A stretch of 64,000 bases of DNA from a virus (IMGVR_UViG_3300001528_000360:1-64000); one strand, 5' to 3'; shown: positions 1 to 10,964, numbered from the stretch's first letter. The notes: generated by a model not told the origin, from the letters alone. Translations and numbers: made by a program.

Positions 1-1
1 T

Positions 2-1972
2 GATACAGCAAAATCTGTATCCAAGTGGTGGAATGATGATGCTGTTGATGAAAATGGTAATCCCATTATAGATCCGATTACGAATAAACCTGTTAAGGCA
101 AATTCTATTCATAACTTCTTTAGTAATTCACTTCCTGGAATGGGTAAAAAAATATCTACATTTATGTCAAGTATCAATAAATCCATTTCTGACTGGTGGA
201 ATTCTGATCTTAAAGATGAAGATGGTAATGTTGTAATAGATCCAGTCACTAATAAACCTGTTAAAGCCAGAAAAATTAAAAATTTCTTTAGTAATACTAT
301 ACCAAAAATTGGTAATTTCTTTGGAAATTTAGTTGGTGGAGTAAGTGATTGGATTAATGGTGTTATTAAAACTGGCGAAAATGCTGGAAAAGGTGGACCT
401 CTTCCTGGAATGGGTGGTCCTATTGAATTATTTAGTAAATATAAAGTAACCAGTAATTATAATGATTCTGATGTTTTTGGAATTAGACAGGGTCGTACTC
501 ATAAGGGTATGGACTTAGTAAACTACAAAGATGCTCCTATTGAAAGTTTTACAGACGGAACTGTTGATAAAGTAATGAATCAATTCTCTCCGAATACTGG
601 TAGAGTTGGTAGTAAAGATGGTGGTGGTTATGGTAACTATGTCTTTATTAAAGATAAGAATGGTTATTATCATCGCTATGCACATTTAAATGCAGTTAAT
701 GTAAGACCTGGACAGAGAGTTTCTGAAGGAACCATTATTGGTAGACAGGGTCATACTGGAAGTAGTACTGGTTCTCATTTACATTATGAAGTTAGGAAAC
801 CTGATAATACTACTCAGGTTAATCCTAAGTCTTATCTCGAAGCATATACAAGTAATAGTGTTGATACATCTGCAGGTTCTAGTAGTTATTCAACTACTTC
901 AACTTTGAGTGGACTTACTGGAGTTGCAACCCAACTCTCTACAGCATTTAATGAAATGCTTAGTCCTATTTCTAATCTGACAAGTACTATTACAAATGAT
1001 TTTAATAGTCTTTTAGGAATTTCTTCTGCTGGTATTCAAGATAATATTTCTGCAACCTCAACAGAAGCAAGTACATTAACAGGAAATTCAACAACTGCTA
1101 AGGTATGGAATTACTTTAAGAGTAAAGGATTATCTGATTATGCAATTGCTGGTATTCTTGGTAATCTACAAGCTGAATCTGGAATTAATCCCAATAATCT
1201 TGAGAATACTTATAATAAGAAATTCGGATTAACTGATGAACAATACACTTCAGGTGTTGACAAGGGTACTTATACAAACTTTGTTAATGATAGAGGTGGA
1301 TATGGTCTTGCACAATGGACATCTGCCGGTCGTAAACAAAAGTTATTAGACCTTGTTAAATCTAGAAAAGTTTCTATTGCTGATCTTGCTACTCAGCTTG
1401 ATCATTTATGGAATGAACTTAATGGTAGCTATAAGAGCAGTGTTCTTGATCCTATGAAATCTGCTAATTCTGTTCTTGATGCTTCTAAGATTTTCTTACA
1501 GAAATTTGAAATTCCGCAAGGAAGATTTGATCAATCTGTAATCAATAAACGTGCAGGTATGTCACAAAATTATTATAATCTTTATGCTAATAAAGATGTT
1601 AGTGGTATGGGTGGACCTGTTACTCTTGGTGAAAGAACATCAATGTTTAAATCTACACCTGTCAGAAGAAAATCTATTAAAGATATTCTTCCTATGGGTG
1701 ATGGCGGTAGTAATATTGATACTAATAAACTCTTTGAATATCTTGCAGAAATGGTTAAATCTCTTAATGCAATTACAACTAATACACAAAATACTACTGA
1801 GAAGATTGAAGAACTTAAGACTGCAGAGTCTGAAAAATCTAATAATGTTACAGTAGTTGATAATTCTAAGAAAACAACTAATTCACCAATGTATGACATT
1901 GCTTCTAATAGAAGAAATGCTACACGAAATAAAGGTTATCAGACAGCTAAAGCAATAGCTGCCGGTGGTTAA
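2..1972 (+). CDS. Tape-measure/tail-associated lysin, C-terminal part (M23 peptidase + phage tail lysozyme domain); 5' partial
   Basis: Frame is open from position 2, upstream of the listed ATG at 140. M23 motifs HKGMD and HLHYEV; tail-lysozyme motif AIAGILGNLQAESG...GYGLAQWT; N-terminal WWN..D..GN..IDP.TNKPVKA repeat. Confidence 0.8.
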   Translation, partial: DTAKSVSKWWNDDAVDENGNPIIDPITNKPVKANSIHNFFSNSLPGMGKKISTFMSSINKSISDWWNSDLKDEDGNVVIDPVTNKPVKARKIKNFFSNTIPKIGNFFGNLVGGVSDWINGVIKTGENAGKGGPLPGMGGPIELFSKYKVTSNYNDSDVFGIRQGRTHKGMDLVNYKDAPIESFTDGTVDKVMNQFSPNTGRVGSKDGGGYGNYVFIKDKNGYYHRYAHLNAVNVRPGQRVSEGTIIGRQGHTGSSTGSHLHYEVRKPDNTTQVNPKSYLEAYTSNSVDTSAGSSSYSTTSTLSGLTGVATQLSTAFNEMLSPISNLTSTITNDFNSLLGISSAGIQDNISATSTEASTLTGNSTTAKVWNYFKSKGLSDYAIAGILGNLQAESGINPNNLENTYNKKFGLTDEQYTSGVDKGTYTNFVNDRGGYGLAQWTSAGRKQKLLDLVKSRKVSIADLATQLDHLWNELNGSYKSSVLDPMKSANSVLDASKIFLQKFEIPQGRFDQSVINKRAGMSQNYYNLYANKDVSGMGGPVTLGERTSMFKSTPVRRKSIKDILPMGDGGSNIDTNKLFEYLAEMVKSLNAITTNTQNTTEKIEELKTAESEKSNNVTVVDNSKKTTNSPMYDIASNRRNATRNKGYQTAKAIAAGG

Positions 1973-1981
1973 TAATAAAAA

Positions 1982-2009
1982 TGGAGATACGAGGAAACTC
2001 GTATCTCCA
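1982..2009. terminator. Intrinsic terminator hairpin
   Basis: tggagatacgag-gaaa-ctcgtatctcca perfect stem flanked by A/T runs. Confidence 0.8.
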
Positions 2010-2035
2010 ATCTTTTAAGTACTTAAAATACTAAA

Positions 2036-2048
2036 AACATTTCTTTAA
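2036..2048 (+). promoter_or_regulatory. Late promoter motif AACA-N6-TAA
   Basis: Same motif at + 4642, 10909, 11116, 13504, 15738, 22180, 29398, 35655, 37089, 39524, 39566, 39667, 43212, 50175, 52054, 52877 and - 6490, 10709, 19243, 27982, 35579, 58653, mostly just upstream of structural genes; resembles the AR9 late consensus AACA-N6-TA. Confidence 0.75.
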
Positions 2049-2083
2049 AGAAAACTATATTCTATATACAAAGAGGTGATTTT

Positions 2084-3958
2084 ATGAGTATAGTAACATG
2101 TGAATTTAACTCCGTTAATGGTGAAAATACCGGTAGTGTAACTAGATCTGGTATGGGAAAATCATACCCTTCTACTGGTACTTTACTTAAGAAAAATTGT
2201 CCTGGTGGTAAGTTTCAAATTGATACATCAGACGGTGGTACAAATAATTATTATAGATTAGTAAATCCTCAAAGTTATAAAGGAATAACTGGTAGTAAAG
2301 TGTATGTATGGATTAGTACTACTTATTTAAAGTATCCTAGTCCTTCTAGTTTAAAATCAAATACTGCAACTACTAATAATTCCAATTTAAGTGATTTATC
2401 AACATCGACTATTCAAAATAATGCTTCAAAAGTTACTATTGAAAATAATAAAAGTTCATCATATAGTCAAGATTTAGATAATAAGATCTATGATATGTTG
2501 AATAGTTTTAATCTTCAAGATGAGTTTAAAACAAATACAAGAATTTTTGGTACACCATTTCAATTTACAAATGAAACAGATTATCGTCCATTTGTAAATC
2601 AAGATTTAAATTATGGTAGAAAATATTTAGAAAATATTGTTGCAGAAGCACCTGTTGTGTATTTAACTCCTGGACTTCCTGAATATATGCCTGACGCAGA
2701 TAAAAATGTAAAGGAATCAATGGATTCATTTATTAAAGCAAGAAGTTCTGGTACTGGTGTTAGTAATGAGGCGATGGAAAGCATTCTTTCTACAGAATTA
2801 AGATATTATGATTTCGTATCTGCATATGCAGAGTATATGAGATATGTAAATTTATTATGTCGTGTATGTGCAAAATATATGGGATTAGATGGAACTAATC
2901 CTAGTACAGGAAAGAAATATACTGTTCCAGGAACTACGACTTCCTATGTAGAGTATGATTGGGGTAAATGGACGAATTTAAATTATTCTACTCCTGATGC
3001 TGATGATACTAATCTTGGAAAAAATAAAGGAATTTTTGAATCTTTTGGAACAGCAATGTCCGAAGCTTTTTCAAAGATCAAAGATGATATTTTTGGTGAT
3101 TATAAATATTTAAAAATTTATGTTGATCCTAGTTCTTCTTTTTCAGAATCTGGTAGTAATAGTTCACAGCAATCACAAATTGCAGGATTATTTGATACAT
3201 TAGAAGGAATTGTTAAAGAAGTTGGATTTTTTAGTAATGGTAGTGGTATTCTTGATGGAGCTTTGAGCGGATTAACAAGCACGGCTTCATCTTCAGCAGA
3301 AGCTATTACAAGTACATTAGATGCTAATACTAGTGCAGGACTTAGTAAAGTTATTGGTCAAGCATCACATGTTATCCAAGGATCTAATGTTATATTCCCT
3401 GAACTTTGGGGAGACTCATCTTATAGTAAATCTTATAGTTTTACTATTAATCTTATTTCTCCATATGGTGATCCAGAATCAGTATATCTAAATGTCATTG
3501 TTCCGATGATGCATTTATTAGCATTATCAATGCCTAGACAAACATCAGCTAATAGTTTTGGTTCTCCATTTCTTGTGAAAGCATTTTGTAAAGGATGGTT
3601 TTCATGTGATTTAGGAATTGTCGATTCTATTAGAATAGAAAAAGAGCCTACATCATGGAATGTATATGGTCTTCCTAATGAGGTTAAGGTTTATATGGAT
3701 ATCAGGGATCTTTATTCTAACTTAATGGTTTCTAAATCATCTGCACCTCAATTATTCTTTACAAATCAAGGATTAATTGAATTCTTAGCAGTTACATGTG
3801 GTGTTAATATTAGTCAAGGTAATATTGCATTAAAAATTCAAACCATTATTTCTACATTTTCTAATACATTATTCGATATTCCTAGTAATGCATATGATAA
3901 TATCGTTCAAGGTATTCGTAAATCTATTGAACCTTGGTACAAGATAACCAATTTCTAA
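2084..3958 (+). CDS. Putative baseplate/tail-tube initiator structural protein
   Basis: Follows tape measure, has a late promoter; C-terminal tube-like segment (PELWGDSSYSKSYSFTINL...SPFLVKA); N-terminal domain shared with 9197..10672. Confidence 0.55.
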   Translation: MSIVTCEFNSVNGENTGSVTRSGMGKSYPSTGTLLKKNCPGGKFQIDTSDGGTNNYYRLVNPQSYKGITGSKVYVWISTTYLKYPSPSSLKSNTATTNNSNLSDLSTSTIQNNASKVTIENNKSSSYSQDLDNKIYDMLNSFNLQDEFKTNTRIFGTPFQFTNETDYRPFVNQDLNYGRKYLENIVAEAPVVYLTPGLPEYMPDADKNVKESMDSFIKARSSGTGVSNEAMESILSTELRYYDFVSAYAEYMRYVNLLCRVCAKYMGLDGTNPSTGKKYTVPGTTTSYVEYDWGKWTNLNYSTPDADDTNLGKNKGIFESFGTAMSEAFSKIKDDIFGDYKYLKIYVDPSSSFSESGSNSSQQSQIAGLFDTLEGIVKEVGFFSNGSGILDGALSGLTSTASSSAEAITSTLDANTSAGLSKVIGQASHVIQGSNVIFPELWGDSSYSKSYSFTINLISPYGDPESVYLNVIVPMMHLLALSMPRQTSANSFGSPFLVKAFCKGWFSCDLGIVDSIRIEKEPTSWNVYGLPNEVKVYMDIRDLYSNLMVSKSSAPQLFFTNQGLIEFLAVTCGVNISQGNIALKIQTIISTFSNTLFDIPSNAYDNIVQGIRKSIEPWYKITNF

Positions 3959-3976
3959 TATATAAGGAATGATTCA

Positions 3977-4624
3977 ATGAAGAAAAACAAAAAGGTTACT
4001 GAGTATTTAGAAAAGTATGGTGAAATTCCAAAAGATTATTATGAACGATTTGCTTATATTATTTCAGAGTTAAATCTGAAATTACCAGAGATTGAAAAAA
4101 TTAAAAAATCTATTAAAAAGATTTTAAGAATACAATATGAAGAAGTTTCTTTTGTATTTTATTTTTTTCCTCAAGCTACTCCAAGACCAAGATATTCTAG
4201 ATTTACAAAATCTTTTTATGTAAAAAATGCCTTAGATTACAATAAGGTATTTAAAGAATTTCTTGATACTTGTGAAGAGATTAATTATAAAATAGTAACT
4301 CCTTGTGAATTACATTGTGTAACATACTCTCCTATTCCATCTTCTATGAATAGAGTTGAGAGTATTTTAGCAGAATTAGGATTAATAAAAAATATTTCTA
4401 AACCTGATGCAGATAATTTATTGAAATCATACTCAGATATGATCCAGAAAAATTTGATTGTAGATGATGCATTATTCTACAAAATGTCATTAGAGAAATT
4501 ATATTCTTTCAAACCAAGAATTGAAATTACTGTTAGATATATGACAGATTTTGATTCTAAATATAATAAAAAGAAAATTGAAAAATATAAAGATGTTAAA
4601 ATGGAAATAGAAAAGATGGAATGA
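3977..4624 (+). CDS. rusA: RusA-like Holliday junction resolvase
   Basis: PRPR motif, KPDADNLLKSYSD and DD catalytic motifs, PRIEI. Confidence 0.75.
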   Translation: MKKNKKVTEYLEKYGEIPKDYYERFAYIISELNLKLPEIEKIKKSIKKILRIQYEEVSFVFYFFPQATPRPRYSRFTKSFYVKNALDYNKVFKEFLDTCEEINYKIVTPCELHCVTYSPIPSSMNRVESILAELGLIKNISKPDADNLLKSYSDMIQKNLIVDDALFYKMSLEKLYSFKPRIEITVRYMTDFDSKYNKKKIEKYKDVKMEIEKME

Positions 4625-4694
4625 AAAAATATATCCTCTGATACATTTATGTAAGAATATAGTCTACATGAATTGTAAAGTGAGGTGAAAATAT

Positions 4695-5018
4695 ATGGAA
4701 CTTAATTCCATCATTAATGATAATGATATCAGCATGAAAATGCGAGATATATATAAATATATTTCAAAGAATGAAGATAAGTTCAATGAAATCTTTAATT
4801 TAACATTTGATGATTTAAAAAATATGTATTCTGATGTAACAAAGGAAGAAGATACTATTACTATTATTTCTGACAATATTGTAGTTGATAGAAATAAAGT
4901 TCATAGTACAATGCAATATCATGCTAATCAGTTATTAGGTGATAATGATTATATTACTCCTTATGCATTTAGGATTAATACTGGTGATAATACAATTAAA
5001 CTCATTAAAAAGCATTAA
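4695..5018 (+). CDS. Hypothetical protein
   Basis: SD GAGGTG, late motif at 4642, terminator downstream. Confidence 0.6.
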   Translation: MELNSIINDNDISMKMRDIYKYISKNEDKFNEIFNLTFDDLKNMYSDVTKEEDTITIISDNIVVDRNKVHSTMQYHANQLLGDNDYITPYAFRINTGDNTIKLIKKH

Positions 5019-5021
5019 TAA

Positions 5022-5055
5022 ATGGAGAGTACGGATTAATTTCCGTACTCTCCAT
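5022..5055. terminator. Bidirectional terminator
   Basis: atggagagtacgga...tccgtactctccat between convergent genes. Confidence 0.8.
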
Positions 5056-5062
5056 ATTTTTT

Positions 5063-6466
5063 TTATTTTACAAGATCTTCAATGAAAGATGCGAGATCTT
5101 CATAAGATTCTTTCATCTTAGGATTTTTCTCGATAATATCATCAATCTGAGATTTAGCAATTTTAACAAATCCAGTGCATTCCTTCTTTTCATCTTCTTT
5201 ATCACAGATACTAGACATCCATGTAGAGAATTTCTCTCTAAGAGATTCATTAGAAGGATCGTCCTTTAACTTATTAAAATGCTTAAAGAATTCAGAACGA
5301 TTCTTTGCAAAGTCTTCACTTTCTGTGACAACTGCTGATTCACGAACGGGATTCAGCATTCTCTCAGTAAGCTTTCTGATATTTTCATGAGTATAATTCT
5401 CAAAACCCAGGGTATACAGGGTTTCCATGAGAGTATACTTAGTAATAGCCTCAGTGAGAATGAGATCCATATTTACTTCTTTATCTTCAACAGGATCTTC
5501 ATCACTAATAGCATCAGTAAGATCCATTTCAGTATCATAATTGCGAGCCATTTCCTTATCTTCATCAATATTGTGCTTATCAGTAGAAATAATGGCAACA
5601 TTCTCAAGAATATAATCCTGATAAGCATCTCTGAATAAAGCATCAAATAAAGTAGACTGTTCAATAACAGACTTCTGTAAAACAATTTTACTCATAGCCT
5701 CATCTAAAGACTTTTCATCAGTAACTTCCTCATTATCCTTGAGATCATTTTCAATGTTCTCAATAAGTTCAGCATTCTCTTCCTGACGAAGTTTTTCATC
5801 CTTAACAACGGTAAGGACCTTATCCTTCACAAGCTCGCTAATGCGATCAATATTAAGATCATCTTTCTTCATGCAATCAAGCTCGCATTTCTCATCTTCA
5901 GTCATATCAAAGTCAATGGTATCAATAGAGCATTCCTTAGAATCCTTTAATTTTCTAGAGCAGACTTCTAAAGCAACACTCTCACAAACAGACTTAATTT
6001 TCTTTAAAAGCATATCATCAACACTATTGACAATAGCCTTATTAAGAACTTCAAATCCACCATTATCATCGACATACTTATCAGTAAGAGCCTTAATGCA
6101 ATCGCAATTCTCTTCTAAGAAATCTTTATCCATAAGAAGAGAATTATAAAAAACTTCAAAAAGGATATCTTTTAAAATAGCAGTCTTAGCAAGATTAGAA
6201 ATCCTATTAATATTATTAGGAATCTGGGATTCCTTAACATAATGCTTAACAACATTTTCACTCAGATTATCATAATACTTATGCTTTTCAAAATTGATCA
6301 TCTCAGACTCCATAAGAGCTTCCTGTTCCTGAGCTTTTTTCTTACGAAAAGTAGAACTGATAGCTGCGGCATCAGTCATCTGATCAATTTTTCTATCTAA
6401 ATTCTTTTTAAACGAGTATGACTCAACCACTCGATTCGCATTCGAAAACGGATTAGACATCATCAT
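5063..6466 (-). CDS. Putative head/internal virion protein
   Basis: Late motif at 6490-6502; acidic; several [VL]xES sites (VVES, LMES, VRES, VTES). Confidence 0.5.
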   Translation of the reverse strand: MMMSNPFSNANRVVESYSFKKNLDRKIDQMTDAAAISSTFRKKKAQEQEALMESEMINFEKHKYYDNLSENVVKHYVKESQIPNNINRISNLAKTAILKDILFEVFYNSLLMDKDFLEENCDCIKALTDKYVDDNGGFEVLNKAIVNSVDDMLLKKIKSVCESVALEVCSRKLKDSKECSIDTIDFDMTEDEKCELDCMKKDDLNIDRISELVKDKVLTVVKDEKLRQEENAELIENIENDLKDNEEVTDEKSLDEAMSKIVLQKSVIEQSTLFDALFRDAYQDYILENVAIISTDKHNIDEDKEMARNYDTEMDLTDAISDEDPVEDKEVNMDLILTEAITKYTLMETLYTLGFENYTHENIRKLTERMLNPVRESAVVTESEDFAKNRSEFFKHFNKLKDDPSNESLREKFSTWMSSICDKEDEKKECTGFVKIAKSQIDDIIEKNPKMKESYEDLASFIEDLVK

Positions 6467-6507
6467 TCACAACCTTTCTCAAAAATATATTACAATAATG
6501 TTTTCTA

Positions 6508-9180
6508 TTAGAAAATTTCGATAATAACATCATCGAGATTTAAAGTTAAATACTCAGGGACATAATTAATACGTTCAGACTTTGTAAGAGTATCCAAATC
6601 TGTAGTAAGATTGACGATAGCCTGAATATCTGTACTATAATCATTGATACCCATAAACTTTAAATACTCAATTTCTTTAAAGTTAGTTTCTAGTTCTGTA
6701 ATGAGGTTTGATACATAGAATGTATTTGTACCACTATCGTTAATATTTTCAATATAATCTTTAATAAATATTTTAACATCTCTAATCAAATCATCTTCAA
6801 CTGTACCAAAAACAGGATGAATCTTAAATTTAATAGAAATATTAACTTTATTAAGAAGAATATTACCAGTATCTCCAATATAGAAGTTCTTAGACTTACC
6901 ATATGTGTTATAGAACTTTAAATCAATAGAGTAATTATTTGTGATCACATTCAAAATACTATCAATATAATTATATTGAGTAGTGATAATATTATATAAC
7001 TCTCTTGCCTTAGTATCATTATTCAATACAGATGCTCTAAGTAATGGAGAAGATCCTATTTTTATTCTATAAGTACCGTTTTCAATAATACCATCAGAAT
7101 TAACAGTTCCATCACCGTTATAAATATAATCTGAATTACTACGAATCATCTGCATAGGTTTAATAAACGTGATAGGATTAGATTCAGTTTTATATTCATT
7201 TGTTAACATGGTTACTCCATCAGCATCAGTATATGATGTCTGAACCTTTAAAATTGAATCCATCATCGGGATAAGATGATTACCATCAATTAAATTTGTA
7301 CTAGTATCATACATATTAATTACTCTGAATTTATTACTAATCATAATATAGTCATCGGTTTCAATTTCACAACCGAATGTATAAATATTAGAATCTAAAT
7401 CCCAAGATTCTAGTTTCATATCTAGATAGCAAGCATCAATATTACCATCAGTAGCAATTAATCTTACTTTAATACTATTAGTAATATCAGTACTAGTTAC
7501 ATTACCATTCTCATCTTTATTTTCAATAACCATCGGATTATCTAAATCCGTAGTAGGTGTAATTGATAATAAGATTTTATATTTATCAGACCCGGAAAAT
7601 CCATTTCTTGTAACAGATAATTTATTGCAAATAAATTGATATAATGAGATATTATTAACATATGAATAGTCAACAACATATTTATCATCCACTGTAGTTA
7701 AATAATAACTAGTTCCAACAGGACTCTTTGAAAAATAAATTAAGAAAGGATTAGTATATAAGAAAGGTTCATCAATAGTTTCATAATCTTCTACTCTTAC
7801 ATTAGGAATAATTTCAGCAGCATCCAATACACTATCTTTATATTTAAAGAGATGACCAGGTTTTAAGATATACATATCACTTTGTGAAAATTCTTCATCA
7901 AAATCATCAGGTGTTAACTCTAACTGCAATGTATTGGTACTATAGATTTCACCAGAATTATCTTTTAGCAATATAAATGCACTAAATAACCTTTCAAAAA
8001 TATCATCTCTCTTTTTAATAAAGAGAATATTTGAATTAAACTTATAATTGAAATTATCAAAATATAACTGTAAGTCATTTTCATTGGTATATGAACCGAC
8101 AGTAGAAAATTTTTCAATAACCATATTTTTTAACTGATCAAGAGTTAACGGATTAGCACCATTATATGCACCAGAAAGAGGAATAGCAAATAATGTTAAT
8201 CCATTATTATAATCATATTCAGTAGAGGTTGGATTCACAGTAATAGAAGTTCCAGTATATTCTACAAAGTTACCTGCTTCTCCAAGTGTAGTAAAGTAAC
8301 TAATATTAATTTCTGAGTTATAATCAGGCTGGAAGAAATTATCTCTTGATGTGAAAGAAATTTCTATACGATTATCATCAATAGATTTATAATAACAGAA
8401 AGGCTCTTTACTGGGACTTGAGCCTAACATTTTCTTTGCTAATTGTGTATAAGAATTAGATCCAGGTGCCTTATAAAATACTTCAAAATTAGCAATATAA
8501 TCATCAAACTCAATTGTATATTTAGGAAGATTAATGATAGTACTATCGACAACATTGTCATTGATATCATATCTATCTACTTGATGAGTTTGAATTTCTA
8601 ACTGTAAGTATTTAGTATGCTCAAAATTAATACGCTTTAATTTAATATAAGGATTCGTAATATCACTGATTGTATTGGAATATGGACCATTATATTGAGT
8701 CATATCATACATTGCAGTGAAAATATAATCATTACGATATTTTTTATAATTGATCTTAATATCATAATCAGGGCGGAACCGTATATCTTCAATAGAGATA
8801 ACCATATCACTATCAAGATAAAATTCATATAAATCAGTACTATTAGTTACCTTAGTAGCATATTTGATAATAGCTTCTTCAGGAACAAATAAAATTACAT
8901 CACATTTTGAAGCTTTAGCCAATGCACTATCAATTTGAAATAGTGCGCCATAGTTATAGATACTTTCCGGAATAATTGCTAAATTCGGAAAGATTTCATT
9001 CATATAAGTTGTAATAGTATTAAAAGCATCTTCAGTTACAGTACCAATCATTTCAGTAGTATAACCGAGTAAACCAAGGTTAAGATCATTAACCTCTTCC
9101 ATATTAAAATATTTTGGTGCAATTTCATCTATAGCAAATTCTTTAATAGAATTGATACTTGAATAATTTTTAGTAGACAA
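6508..9180 (-). CDS. Putative baseplate wedge protein
   Basis: 890 aa, TTG start with SD; ESIYNYGA...ALA N-terminal pattern and YFTTLGEAGN motif reminiscent of T4 gp6-like wedge proteins. Confidence 0.6.
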   Translation of the reverse strand: MSTKNYSSINSIKEFAIDEIAPKYFNMEEVNDLNLGLLGYTTEMIGTVTEDAFNTITTYMNEIFPNLAIIPESIYNYGALFQIDSALAKASKCDVILFVPEEAIIKYATKVTNSTDLYEFYLDSDMVISIEDIRFRPDYDIKINYKKYRNDYIFTAMYDMTQYNGPYSNTISDITNPYIKLKRINFEHTKYLQLEIQTHQVDRYDINDNVVDSTIINLPKYTIEFDDYIANFEVFYKAPGSNSYTQLAKKMLGSSPSKEPFCYYKSIDDNRIEISFTSRDNFFQPDYNSEINISYFTTLGEAGNFVEYTGTSITVNPTSTEYDYNNGLTLFAIPLSGAYNGANPLTLDQLKNMVIEKFSTVGSYTNENDLQLYFDNFNYKFNSNILFIKKRDDIFERLFSAFILLKDNSGEIYSTNTLQLELTPDDFDEEFSQSDMYILKPGHLFKYKDSVLDAAEIIPNVRVEDYETIDEPFLYTNPFLIYFSKSPVGTSYYLTTVDDKYVVDYSYVNNISLYQFICNKLSVTRNGFSGSDKYKILLSITPTTDLDNPMVIENKDENGNVTSTDITNSIKVRLIATDGNIDACYLDMKLESWDLDSNIYTFGCEIETDDYIMISNKFRVINMYDTSTNLIDGNHLIPMMDSILKVQTSYTDADGVTMLTNEYKTESNPITFIKPMQMIRSNSDYIYNGDGTVNSDGIIENGTYRIKIGSSPLLRASVLNNDTKARELYNIITTQYNYIDSILNVITNNYSIDLKFYNTYGKSKNFYIGDTGNILLNKVNISIKFKIHPVFGTVEDDLIRDVKIFIKDYIENINDSGTNTFYVSNLITELETNFKEIEYLKFMGINDYSTDIQAIVNLTTDLDTLTKSERINYVPEYLTLNLDDVIIEIF

Positions 9181-9196
9181 TTATCTCACCTCTCTT

Positions 9197-10672
9197 TTAA
9201 TTAGGTGCTCTAAATCTAAGTTTATATTCATATCCTCCAACTTTATCAAATGTAGTAGTGATAAATGGAGCATCAACAAATGTTTTACCAGTACCTAAGT
9301 TATTAGGTTCATAAATATTAGCATGTAAATATCTGCTTTGTCTCGAACTATTGAGGTTGAATTCTGCTAATGAAGTAGGACTCATATCCTCTTTCCATGA
9401 GTATTCATATTGAATAGCATACTCAGGCATTTTTACAATATTTCCTTTAGTCCAAGCAAATGCATTGGAAGGAATATTTGTAGGAAATACTCCTGTATAT
9501 TTTGACCAGAATAAAATAGTTTCTCCATCAGGACCACACAGGAAATAATATACAGAACAAGCATAATCTAAAGTATGGCTAGTAATACTTGATCTTTTTA
9601 CATCAAATTCACCACGATATACTCTAGAAATATATTCTACCCAAGCCTTATGAATTTTATATACATTAAGATTACTATCATCTGTATATGTAATATCAAA
9701 TTCACCAGCATTTTTTGAATTAATATTATGCTTACCATATTTAATTTTCCATCCTGTGTAAGTAGCTCCATACTCACCAGTATCAATATATTCGTCTTTA
9801 TTTCCGAAGCTTGCAGCTACGTTAGAAAGATAAGGATTAAAATCATGAGTACTTGAAAAACTCATAGTTAATGATTTTAATAAATCAGGACTATTCTTAT
9901 TTAAGAAATAGTAGAAAGAGTCATTACTAATTTTATCTAATAATGCTCCAGTTGACTCATTATATAGATTTAAGTCTGGACGTGTAAAAAACACATGTGC
10001 AAATGTTTTTGGTAAAGATGTTTCAGGGAATGCTATTAAGAAACGATTAAATTTATTTAAAAGATTATTCTTAACAGCAGATACAGCATCAGCATTTAAA
10101 CCGATATTTAAGTTATTCTCAATTTTATTGATATCATTTATTACAAATGAGTAGTCATTAAAATACTTATCTTTTTTTACATTAGATTTAACTCTATCTA
10201 CTGTAGTATATGATACATAGTTTGTAATATCATCATTTAATAATTCACCAGATGTAGAGTAAATAACCCCACCACTAGATGCAGAACCAAATGAAATATA
10301 ATCACTATTCTTTTCAAGATTTTTAGCATTAACAGTAGGAGCTACATATGTAGATACAATAGGTTCAGGTTCAGGTGTTTTTACCTCAGAAGGATCATCA
10401 ACCAATTCCCAACTGGTTAAAAAAGATTTATTTAACCATACATACACAGTACCTGATGCATTAATTTTATACTTTTGAGGATCAATTAATTTATAATAAT
10501 TATTGGTTCCGCCAACATCAGGATCAGCATAAAAATAAGGTCCTTCAGGACAATTCTTTCTATATAAAATACCAGGAGATGGTGAATTTTTAGTCATAGC
10601 TGTTCTGGTAAATACACCTGTATTATCACCATTTACATAATTGAAATTACATTTATAAATCTTTTTAGCCAT
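9197..10672 (-). CDS. Putative baseplate/tail-tube initiator (tube-like fold)
   Basis: Late motif at 10709; HVFFTRPDLN and YTGVFPTNIP tube-like motifs; N-terminal domain shared with 2084..3958. Confidence 0.55.
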   Translation of the reverse strand: MAKKIYKCNFNYVNGDNTGVFTRTAMTKNSPSPGILYRKNCPEGPYFYADPDVGGTNNYYKLIDPQKYKINASGTVYVWLNKSFLTSWELVDDPSEVKTPEPEPIVSTYVAPTVNAKNLEKNSDYISFGSASSGGVIYSTSGELLNDDITNYVSYTTVDRVKSNVKKDKYFNDYSFVINDINKIENNLNIGLNADAVSAVKNNLLNKFNRFLIAFPETSLPKTFAHVFFTRPDLNLYNESTGALLDKISNDSFYYFLNKNSPDLLKSLTMSFSSTHDFNPYLSNVAASFGNKDEYIDTGEYGATYTGWKIKYGKHNINSKNAGEFDITYTDDSNLNVYKIHKAWVEYISRVYRGEFDVKRSSITSHTLDYACSVYYFLCGPDGETILFWSKYTGVFPTNIPSNAFAWTKGNIVKMPEYAIQYEYSWKEDMSPTSLAEFNLNSSRQSRYLHANIYEPNNLGTGKTFVDAPFITTTFDKVGGYEYKLRFRAPN

Positions 10673-10771
10673 CTATCATCACCTCTTTATATAAGGCTAG
10701 TTTTTATCTTATAATCTTGTTTTTTCGAGTAAGAATTATTGAGCATAAGAGAAATCAAAAGAAAAATGAAG

Positions 10772-10781
10772 TATATATTAT
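10772..10781 (+). promoter_or_regulatory. Early promoter motif TATATATTAT
   Basis: Same motif at + 20714 and - 19689, 20660, 28316, 28750, 29351, 34409, 50119, 57051, 61518, each in front of small non-structural genes or the tRNA; similar to phiKZ/AR9 early TATATTA motifs. Confidence 0.7.
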
Positions 10782-10964
10782 TAACATAGCACGTAAATTA
10801 ATATAGTAATTTTTATGCCGTAGATATTCTATGTGACATAATATTTTTAATATACTAAAACGTGCATATTAATGGTGTCACCCTCGACATATTGTGATTA
10901 AACAGGTCAACATTTCTGTAAAGACCATTTAATGAGATTATACATCTAAGGAGTGACAGCATAT

